A DNA stretch of 64,000 nt. It comes from Pecten maximus (taxonomy: Eukaryota). Below are positions 39,866 through 51,500 of this stretch, piece after piece (the first letter of the stretch is position 1; each line of letters opens with the position of its first letter). The position numbers and the translations under genes are program-made. Where the stretch lies: positions 16,988,001-17,052,000 of the forward strand of contig NC_047022.1 in the NCBI RefSeq assembly GCF_902652985.1, written 5' to 3'. Under the pieces are notes generated by a model that saw only the letters and a list, made by a program, of their open reading frames with translations, did no database searches and was not told the DNA's origin.

Positions 39866-40772
39866 CATGTGGATGGGTGTCAGGGTGATATGTGGACGGG
39901 TGTCAGGGTGATATGTGAACGGGTGTCAGGGTGATATGTGGACGGGTGTCAGGGTGATATGTGGACGGGTGTCAGGGTGATATGTGGACGGGTGTCAGGG
40001 TGATATGTGGATGGGTGTCAGAGTGATATGTGGACGGGTGTCAGGGTTCTATGTGAACGGGTGTCAGGGTGATATGTGGACGGGTGTCAGGGTGATATGT
40101 GGACGGGTGTCAGGGTGATATGTGGACGGGTGTCAGGGTGATATGTGGACGGGAGTCAGGGTGATATGTGGACGGGTGTCAGGGTGATATGTGGACGGGT
40201 GTCAGGGTGATATGTGGATGGGTGTCAGGGTGATATGTGGACGGGTGTCAGGGTGATATGTGGACGGGTGTCAGGGTGATATGTGGACGGGTGTCAGGAT
40301 GATATGTGTACAGGTGTCAGGGTGATATGTGGACGGGTGTCAGGGTGATATGTGGACGGGTGTCAGAGTGATATGTGGACGGGTGTTAGGGCGATATGTG
40401 GACGGGTGTCAGGGTGATATGTGGACGGGTGTCAGAGTGATATGTGGACGGGTGTCAGAGTGATATGTGGACGGGTGTTAGGGCGATATGTGGACGGGTG
40501 TCAGGGTGATATGTGGACATGTGTCAGGGTGATATGTGGACGGGTGTCAGGGTGATATGTGGCCGGGTGTCAGGGTGATATGTGGACGGGTGTCAGGGTG
40601 ATACGTGGACGAGTGTCAGTGTGATATGTGGACGGGTGTCAGGGTGATATGTGGACGGGTGTCAGTGTGATATGTGGACGGGTGTAAGGGTGATATGTGG
40701 ACGGATGTCAGGGTGATATGTGGACAGGAGTCAGGGTGATATGTGGACGGGTGTCAGGGCGATATGTGGACG
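39866..40772. repeat. G-rich 23-bp minisatellite, ~39 copies (GGACGGGTGTCAGGGTGATATGT)
   Basis: Directly visible, period 23 (tgtcagg at 39901 and 39924). Confidence 0.98.
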
Positions 40773-41991
40773 GTTTCAAGGAGACATTAACAGCCCGGAT
40801 GATACGCGGACGGGTTTCAAGGAGACACCAACAAATATCTTAAATGTAGTACAAAATAGAGCACAGAGAAGAAACTCTGCAGGGGTCCAACATGTTTTTC
40901 GTCTCGAACGATAACAAACAGTGGGTAACGGAGGGATTTTGGGCTCTCCATGGAGACACCGACAGCCAGGGTTCATATGAGGACGGCCGTGAAGGAGATA
41001 TCAACAGCCAATCTCAGGACAACCGTTAAAACATTCCTACGATCAAGATTTCGTATCTGTGTCATACGTCACGACCAAAACTTGGCCTGGCTTTCACTCA
41101 CCGGGGTCAAACATTGACATGCTTTATTGCCTTGTTACCTGGATGTGTTCAATTAGTGTTTCCAAAATCAAGGACTCTGTCACATTTTATTATCAACATT
41201 ATATATCATATAGAAATTTGGATAAATGTTTCTCTATAAAAGCCGTTTGTCTCTTAGATACAGACCAAGGTGGATAATTTATATTTTGTATAATTATTTT
41301 CCACGTTTCATCATTTCTTTTCATTTTTTCTTCGTTTTTTTTCCATCGTTATATTAGAGACATATAGAAGGACTTGGTATGTAAAATCTTATCGGTGCCT
41401 TTGGATTCGTGTTACATTATATCATTTGACGAATCGTTTGTTTGTCCAAAGCATTAAACCTTAGAAACTTAAAAAGAAAAAAATATCGGTAGTTGTGACC
41501 TTTTTGACAGACATGGCATTACTTGCGTCTCCCAATTTCTTTCATGTTATAGTGATGCAGATATGCTCTTTATGTATTTAGGTCATAGACTAAGGTATAA
41601 ATTAAGAGTAATCTGACTTGGTGTGCGGGCGATATCATAGCACGTAGAAGGTTAGCTACGTCAGATTACATATAGGGTGTGTACAAAGGGACGCAACTCT
41701 TACTGTTCCATACACTTCTTGGCATGCTTGGCGACCATTACGTTGAAGCACTATTACGACCCTGATGCTAAACACGAATCCAATGCGATCAATTTCAACA
41801 CAGTTGTAGCTAGATACATACACATATCTTCAGTTTGCAGAATTGAATATCTCGAGTTTCGGCCTTGTTTCCATAATATTAAGTTTAAGACGGAACTATT
41901 TTTTGAATGACGCCCCGGCTTACATTATTAATGGTCAATTAACAGTTTAATCTAATTAAGCATAAACTGCATTCCCTTTCGGGGTATTCAG

Positions 41992-42089
41992 GCATTGAAC
42001 TATTACCAGATGCTCGTATACTGTCGATATGAATACAATTTGGGTAACAGATAAATGGAATATACTAGCATCTGGTAACAGTTCAATGC
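41992..42089. repeat. 29-bp inverted repeat (2 mismatches) around a 40-bp spacer
   Basis: GCATTGAACTATTACCAGATGCTCGTATA / TATACTAGCATCTGGTAACAGTTCAATGC; related sequence at ~35340-35415. Confidence 0.88.
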
Positions 42090-45000
42090 TTATATACCTA
42101 CATTATATATATATATATATTTTTTATTGAAACAAAAATATGTTTGAATTTTCCGCATAACGTATAATTGACGTTAGTAAGATCTAGCCCAAGAGCGTCC
42201 AAATTTTACAAAAGAAATAATACAGTTCCTCGAAATACATAATGTAATGATGGATTTTAGAATCGAATAGATATTTAGACATTTGCACAAAACTAGTCAT
42301 AAAATACACCAACACATTTGTCTGGACATGTAGTTTCTTAAAGTCATCAATAATTTGCTGTAGATGCTAACAGTGTCTTCTATTCGGTTACTTTGTGGTA
42401 AGACGTAGCAGGGGATAATGTACAAGTCACAAACATTAACAAACCCCAAAAATAGCCATGCTGAAATTGTCTATAGAACAGAATAAGTATAGCCACTTAT
42501 TTTGTTTATACTTTGAAATGAAAATGAAGGCCGAGAATAATATTACGCTTCCCAGTTCATTAAATTTGTCTCAAAACAACTCAATTAATCACCTTAATGA
42601 AATCGATCAGTAATATTAAATCCTTAATCAATTAATGGATTTTTAGTAACAACATTATTCTTATTTATCTTTGCGAGTAAACCTACAGTTACAAACGTGC
42701 CTCAGTCGATGAAAATTAACCAGACCGACACATATATTATTGATGGCGGGCTGGGTCATTTTGTCAAGTCCCTGTGGGTTACAATATACCTACATTATAC
42801 TGCCGGAATTTACAAATGCAGCCATGCATTCAACTGTAAAAGCCAGCCTTTGGCATAAATTATCGACACTGTCAAATTGTATTCTATATACACTTCCAAG
42901 ATTGTTGTCAACACTGCCTTTATATCAATGGCATTTATAGACAGCACGTTTCATATTTAATGAACTTGTGCTAACTAACACAGAAACAGACTGTATTGTT
43001 ATAGACATCAAGTGGTAATGACGACTGATACCAATCAAATCAATACTTAATTAAATCCTTACTAGACAGTAATGTACGTTTATACACGTTGGACATCCAC
43101 GGCATTTAAATCAATACATGTATATATCAGCACGCTTTCGTTTTTAGATACATATGTTTGTAAATCACATTTTAAATCATATGTAATGACCATAGCTAAA
43201 TGTAGGTGCAACCAATTCTGTAAAAACAGTATTTTCCTATGTTAAAATTTTCGAAGTTATGACAAAAAATTTTTTTTATCATTTTGTTTTTATATAAAAA
43301 ATGAAACTGTAAAAAAATGAAACTGTAAAATGTATTTTGTAAGTATATATGTTTATGCCTTAATCCTGTCACAGAAAATTCTAAAAGGAGTTAACAGTGT
43401 ATTGCCAAGCCTTTGTCGCGGAGTTCACAACATGGAACCGAAGTAATTTACAACCCTATATCAAACCCCCTCGGAACTATTTGACAGTTACATGCTAATA
43501 CTAATTGCACAGCAATTTCGAAACATGTAATACCAACTTATATAAATAACCCATGTCGGTCGGGATGGAGCGACCCGGGGTCTTTATATCGGAAGAAACC
43601 GGCTCGGAGTAACCGGAGAAAACGTGATCGGGCAGGTGTGATCCCGATACCTTTCCGCGCAATAAAGGGAAATCAACACTTGATCTTCAATAGGTGAAAG
43701 GGGAGCATTTAACCATTAAACAACATGCAGATAATATGTTGCTGAGTTGGGTCTGCTACGATATTCGAAGGGAATAGATGGAAAACGTTAAGACAAAACT
43801 TTTAAAATGTTGATAATTATTTTGCTATCCTTAATTATACTTGATCATATTTCAGATTAACAGATCAGTATAATGCGGTACAGCTTAGTGGCCTTCTCCA
43901 GTATCTAGACATAAGATACATTTTGATAGTTATAGTTGATGGGTGGTGTAAATTAGTCGTTGTTGTACGAAGATTAAATCACACCAACAGAACACTGACA
44001 TAGTTGATGAGATGAAATCTAGCAAAAGGAGTCCTGAGGGACGTAAACAAGATCATTTGTAATTCGTAAGTCCCCCAATAATTAGTTTATATCTAATAAT
44101 GAGTTGACTCGATTCAGTTACATGGCTTGGCCAACAGAAACAGCTATTCACTTTAGCTACCATAACATTCACGTTAGCTTACATTGGGTTCTTAGTATAC
44201 ATCTTATACATTTTATGTTGGCCAGGTCATCTACTAGAGAACAACACAGCTGTTATAGCCCCTTAGCCTAACGAACTAACGCCGAAAGAACACTAACTAC
44301 AGTCGGTGAGATGAAACATGGCTATTGGAGAAGACATGTAGGCAGTAAGCTAGTAACTAACGAACAAACGCCGACTGAACACTGACTTTAGGTCGATGAA
44401 ATATAGCCTGACAATAGGCATAGACCTTTAGGCGGTTAACCAGTAGCTAAATAACTAAACCGATTTCAATTTTACGTTACCTTGCTGGCAAGGTTTTCTG
44501 GCAACGGCAGAAATAATAGAACGAGATTTGCCGCGATCCGCTAGCAACGTTGTCGGTTACCTTATGTTTCATTTGCATCATGGAATGTATTCGTTTGCAA
44601 ACAATATTTTGAAGTCATTAAAATATCTTTACTTACTTACCATAAACATAACGTTAAATGTTCGGATTAGTTACATATTGAAATTTCAGAAACTTACCAA
44701 CAAGAATATTTTTTCTGTCTCTGGCAATAATTATTATCTTAAATCTTAATACATAATCTCGTAACAATTGTCTGATATCTTTGTATGTTATAAACAGTGA
44801 GAGTGGTTTAGTACTCCTCGTGAACCAAATGCACTCTCATTAAAAGAACATTGTATGTAAAAAGTACATATCAGCCCATCTACATTTTTTGCTTTGTATG
44901 CCAACTCTTGTTCGCAATCGTATTAAACATTAATTTTTTTCTCTTCAAGCCACAACACATTCTCATAGAAATCATTTTTTATTAAAGAGGCATTAACGCG

Positions 45001-46099
45001 TGACTACTTATCATTAACAAACATCACAAACAGTATCATTAGTACATTTTCCAAGTACATTTTCCAATACAAGTAAACCTCGGCTTCAAGGAGTAACATA
45101 TTTCCACATTGGACAGTTCGTTTAAAGTAGGCGGTTCTCCACGTAGGGAGAATTCGAACATTTACATGCAATTAGGATATCCGTATGACAAATGCTAAAT
45201 AAATCGATTGTTTATATCGATGGTTGACTAGTTACTGGGGAGCTTCTTTCTGGTTAGAGAAATATGCTGTTGCTCATTTCCTGACAACAGCATTGCTTCC
45301 TCTTGAATCATTCGAAAACACATGCGTGACAAATTTGTAAACAGCACCTTGCGGGGCCCTACAACGCTAGATGGGGTCATAGGGAAATCGTACCAAATCC
45401 CTATGGAAATGATTATTAATTGAAATTCTATATAAATACATAAGTAGCCCTGGCTTCGAGGTAAAAAGTACCTTCAATTCAACAACGACACCGGTACAGA
45501 TAAGGATGATAGTTTAATTTACAATTGCAATAGTACTAGTACTAACAGTGGGCCTGACCATGGCGGTACACAAACACGTCGGAGGAAGCGACAGTTCTAC
45601 CTGCAATCTGAACTCAATTGGTTGAACGACAAACAGGATACGCTGTCGATATTAGCCTTTGTAATCACGAATTTGTCAACTTTATCAAGATGTGTACACA
45701 AATGTAATATAAAAAATAACCACCTCTTTGTAAACACCGGAGTATGGCTTCAGAATCTATACGGATCATGTTTGACATTGGTATGTATATCAACAACCTT
45801 AAACTAAATTGCTCTCGCATCGTATTTTCCTCTTGTACACCTGTATAAAAGGTTTGGCAGTTTCAGCATATTTAACCGTCCTTGAAACGACGAGTGTCTT
45901 TCTCTTTTCATTTTACAGTTGTTCTATATGTTTCATTGTGTAGTCTTTTCAAACAGCGCTATGATCTTCGAGATGGTTTCTTACTATTGATCTGTATAGT
46001 AGGATGAATAATTAAGACTTTGTACGATCTTGTTATCGTGCCAAATTGCTTAACCAACAAGTGTCTTTTTCCTTGCATACACTTACTCTCGTTCCGGTT

Positions 46100-46290
46100 G
46101 TTTGGCACAGTGGTAACACACTTGCCTTTCACCTAGGCGGCCAGGGTTCGATTTCCGATCGGACGTAAAGAGGTAAGGGGTTATCAGCCCAATACAATGG
46201 GTTTACCCTATGTTCTCCAGTTTCTTTCCACAGTAAGACCCCTCGCGCCCTTCCATCCGGGCCAACAACAGTGATTAATGTAACTTGTTT
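46100..46290 (+). mobile_element. Second tRNA-derived SINE family
   Basis: A box tggcacagtggt, B box ggttcgatttcc, V-like ttctccagtttctttccaca, tail atccgggccaacaacagtgatta; related fragments at ~62570-62670 (+) and ~43550-43720 (-). Confidence 0.7.
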
Positions 46291-48470
46291 ATTAATTGCA
46301 ATTGCAATCGGTTTTCCTGTAGGATTTTTTTTTCTTCTTTGAACTTTATAATCTAAAGCATTTTTGTGACATCTGTAGTAAATATGCATACAGTTTACTC
46401 AACTATTTCTGACAATTGGTTTATAACGAACCCAGAGGTATACCAGATGTTTCAACAGTGTGAGAATTTCTTCGTTGATGCCGTATGCCTTAAACATATA
46501 TGCACCATCCTATTGTCAGGGTCTGTTACAAAAACCTTTCTGAAACCTCTATTTAATACATTTTTACCCGTGAAATATTAAAAATTATTCATTTTTTAAA
46601 AGTCTTTGGATTAGATTTGGTTTCCCTTTAAATATTACTCTCAACGTTTTCCCTGACCTGACCTGTATGTTTAGCTACTTGATTCCTCGCCCAATATCAT
46701 ACTGTCCTAACACAGTTTCTGTTTTCTTTTCTCTGGCTGTTTTGTCCTAAGGGAAATTTAGGTTTTATATATCCGCCTACTTTTAGAATTTAGTTTCTTC
46801 ATTGCCACATATTATCTTCCCGTGCCTAATTTTTTTTTTTTTTTTTTTCAAAATATTTTTTTTTCTTCTTCAATTCTTTTATTACTTGAAGTTCATTTTC
46901 CCGATCGATCTTCTTAATTCCTTGTCTGCTTAACCATAGGCCTAAATAATAATGTGGTTTTGGATGATAAAAGAGGCTACCTGTTTAACACATGTTCCTA
47001 TTAGAAGCTGTATATCAACAGTGATGACAAGTGATCTCGAAAACGTGTATCAGAAATTCAATATCAACAGTTTTGAACCATTTAAACAGAATATCATTGG
47101 TGCCCTTATCTGTTATCAGGCATTTCAGACCATCTCAACACCAAGGTATTGTTCGATTTTGATACTCCTTTTAGTTTATTGACGCCCAAATCACACATGT
47201 ACTGTTCCTAACATCCTCAAACGGTGCCGTACTATAGGTTATTCTCGTTTAAGACACTAAAGACTTGTAGGAATTCTTGTCCCCTATATGTGTGTAGCGT
47301 CCTCTCTAAACCGAAGATATCTTTATCTGGAAGGGTTATTTTGATTGTTTTTTGTTTTGTTTTTTGTTTTTGATGAAGTCAAGTAATTGAAACATCAAGA
47401 TTTCATTTGGAAGTGTTCTATTTCCCCATGCGATATGAAGTCAGACATGTTGGATAAATGTTGATATGCCTAGTCGCTAGTTGTGACATTCCAGATTTGA
47501 CCTAGATGTGCAAGGCGGTTGCCCAGGATGCAGTAGAAGACGCTTACTCTTTCGGAACATGTTTGGTTTTTAATTCTCTTTGCACTTTTTAAAGAGGCTT
47601 CGTGACCATGCGTTTTTGTTCCAATTTCGCCCTAGGTAATAGGATATCTCATAAACTATGTATGTATATATATATATATATATATATAAGAAATGTTATT
47701 AAAATATCATATGTCTAATGAATTTTCATTACATATGAGATCTTATTAAACGAGTCCAAGAAACTTTTTGTGTTTTTTTTTATTCATTTATTTTGTGAGC
47801 AAAAATGACATCTTATACGCAAGTTTAATAAAATTTCAAATGACGTAAAATCGAATTTTTAAATATTTTTAATCAAATAACTCAAAAAGCGTACATTTTG
47901 TCAGATTTTAAAGTCAATAAACGTCATTCACAATTCACATGCCATAACATTCCTATCCATATTATGACGTCACAATTGATTTATGATTGACACATCCAAT
48001 TGAAAATGTCCCAGGGTATATTACACTAGCGACATATGCAAAAATATTTTATATGATTATATGATCAAAAGAAAATGGTATCTTATTTAAAAAGAATATA
48101 TATTTATCTTATAAATATTTAATGTTTATAAGACAAGTACTATCTTTCAAGAAATGATGCATATATCTCAAGTTATCTTATAACTTGATGACATATACTA
48201 TATTTCATATCAATCAGATATCTCTGAAAATTCTGTAATACAAAATATGATAACATTTCTTATATACATATACGATTATCATTATATTATCATTTCAAAG
48301 AAATCAGATATCTTGCATTATTCGGTTACTTACAAGATTAACTTTGCTCCAAAATAAATGATATGACTTTCGATAAACTGTTCATTTTAAAAATTGGCCT
48401 TGTAAACTACACTACCTAATATTTTATCGTATAATATTTTCATTTTATTAAAAAAATCTGTCTCTTGTAG

Positions 48471-48560
48471 AATTGATATTGGTGTTAATAGCGACTCTAA
48501 CCTCCGTCATCTGTCACACTCACAAGCCAGAATCTGAAAATACTCATGAAGCAACCGAAG
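48471..48560 (+). CDS. Gla-TSP1 gene: signal-peptide tail exon
   Basis: tctcttgtag|..LILVLIATLTSVICHTHKPESENTHEATE|gtacat; 90 bp, phase 1-1. Confidence 0.75.
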
Positions 48561-51500
48561 GTACATTGACATTTTTCTTATAACTTAAAATAAATGTTGT
48601 ATGTTAAATTAAACCAAGATGCTATGCATTGCCAAGACTAAGATTGATAGTTGATTTTCAAACACTGCATTTTGCTACAATGTAATTTGTTCTATAATCA
48701 CATCGATTATCAGTATAGTCGAGGTTTGGGGTGTTTACATTTTTCATTCTGTTTATTTAATCTTTGTCTTTATACGATTTGGATTGTAGTTATTTGATCC
48801 GATTTCGCCATAATAATATTCAAATTGTCTCTAGTTGTTTAACTCATTTTATACAAAACGCCGGTGAGCTAATACGCTGTGTCAGTCGTCTCTCCCTCTG
48901 TCCGTCATTTATTTCTTCAAACGGCATTCAGCCTTAAAAGATTTTAAACAAATTCATATTGAGCGCGAAGATGAATCAATTTTATATAATGGAGGTCATG
49001 GCTTTAACAATAGGAATATAAGCACACCTTAATTTTCTTTTTTCGGGAGAAATATAGAAATTAATTTTGTTCAAATTTGGGTTGTAGTGTCTTTGGATGA
49101 AGCTTTTTATCAGCAGGAATTCTTGCTCCCCTTGAGTTGAGTGTTTAAATATTGCATTTGCAGTGGGTCAGATTAGGAACCAGGAAATCAAATTTTATAC
49201 ATCATGTGCATAATTCTGAATGCTTTGAATGAGAAGTTTTTGAAATGATTGTTAAAATTGCGAAATGTGCGATAGAAGTCCTTTACGCCTCTTGTTTCCA
49301 TACGGCTCCATAATTCGTTCACAGACTGCTGGAATATACAGGCGTATGTGGTATTCATATATATTATTCATACATAACATTCAAATTATCAGATGGTTTT
49401 TTTTTCTAATACTGACCTCTCTGTAATTGATATAATGTTAATGTCATTTTTGTAATTAGCAAATATTTCCCCGGGGGTTCTCTATATTTGCTATGCCATA
49501 TCATGCGAGAGTTGTTATGACTGATTTGTCAGTTTCCATACTCAATATAGATAACTTGATCATCATTATATATTTATGACATTGGTACATATAAACGAAA
49601 ACGTGATTTAATTAAATACTTACAGACTATTAAGTTAACATAGTTTAGTCATTCCTAATATGTGACCTTCCAATGAAGGTAGTCATGAAAATCTAGTTCT
49701 TACTAGTATAGCAAATAGCATTGGGAGGGAAAATACGGTCACATATGAGAGGAAGTAGCTGAACCCAGGCGATAACTAAAGCGGTTTTGACTGTTTTTCA
49801 TAATAGTTTCAATGTAATCAATAAATGAAGATGTAAGTATTACTTACTGAGTGTGTTCAAATATAGATACAGTTTATAACATATATAGACCTTCTTATCC
49901 ATTCCGTAACAGAAATAGTGTGTGCAACAAATCGATGTTGTTAGTTTCATTTACCAATCAGTTGGACTGGACTGTAATTGCGTATGGATATATTTCGAAC
50001 AATCTACTCATTATGAATTATTTATTTATTTTGTAAAACATTGAACGAATTCTATTGAATGCAAGGGCATTTTAATATCTTACTGATGGGCCATGCATAT
50101 ATCCATTCTCTAACTGTGACGTTACAACTTCAGTTTTCAGTTTTCAGAAACCAATAAAACCAGTACCTATTTCTATCATTAATTAGTCAAAATATGTTAA
50201 TTTGTAGAATGCTAAAAAGAAATAAGCATGTAAATTTCATTGCTGTTGTGCTGAATATCTTTCTGTAGATATTGGATGATTGGGCGTTTGGTGGTTCTAA
50301 GAGAGCTGATGTTCTCTCGACAAGTGCTGTTTTCATTGTGTCCTTTACTTGGACACGTTACTAACCTCAATACACCTCTTAGTTGCTATACGTCAGACCT
50401 CTCACATGTTGATCAATAGAATAGCCACCGGCTACTGCACGAAAACATATCCTAAAGATGCCAAAACTGCTGCCAAAAACGCAACAAGCAAAGCTCTATT
50501 TTTTTTATTTTTTTTTTTTATATATATATATATAATTTGTCAAGTAGTAATAACGACTGCATAGACAATTTAATTGTAAAATAAATTTATATATATACAT
50601 TGATACTACATTCTGTGTGATTTATCAACTGAAATAGATAATACTTGCTACTAATTTCAAAGCATTGTTGAAATAAATCCATGTTAAATTAGTTTGGACA
50701 CTCGAGAAACATGTTATATCCTCATCAATGTTTTAGGTAACTTTTGCAACTCTGTTTTTGCAGTCGATTTTTTTCTGACTGAAAAAATAGCAAAGTCATT
50801 CCTGAATCATGGGCATCGCGTCCGAAGGGGGGATAATCCTCGAGCAGAATGTAGTGAGACGGGAGGATGTTCCTGGGAGGAAGTGAGGGAACACTATGGA
50901 AGCCACAATGCTATCGTAAGTAGCAGTAAAGCGAAATAAACTTTATATTTCATACTCATTAAACAGTGGTGTTTTTTTTATCAATAGTAAATAGGCTTAA
51001 ACTATAGTTATGCACGAGCTTATGCTGTAAATAAATGTTCTATACATATTCTATAAATATATGTTTAAGAGTTTTAAAACGTTGTTTACCTCGTTTACTG
51101 TTGATGCTACATTTAGAAAGCCGAGTGGCGAGTCCTTACAGCGGTCTACTTACGAGCTGTAACTTATGCATTATTTATATAAATATATACATTTGCTTTT
51201 AAATCACGTCTGATAATATTTTCAAACAGTGATTTTCACAGTTATATTCGCTTTTACTTACTTAACTGCAATACATATATATAATTTTTTATTGTTGTTT
51301 TTTGTAGAAGGGAGTTAATATATTGCAACAAAAGAAATTACTAATTACTGTAGTAATTGCTTTTCAGATTGAGTTCTCGCGTGAATTCAAATGTGGAAAT
51401 GACTGCCAATATGATAGTTTTACCTATTGTGAATTAACGACCAGTTCCTGGAACGAAATCAGCGAAGTTAAGTACAGATGTTCTCGTGAGTATAAATGAA

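Noticed and set aside
45841-47150. TATA box at 45844 and donor at 47146 as first exon of the Gla-TSP1 gene
   Set aside because: No ATG in the needed phase-1 frame; cannot be supported without transcripts.
50269-50325. Exon-like segment ILDDWAFGGSKRADVLST in the Gla gene intron
   Set aside because: Has a stop in the required phase 1 and a weak donor.
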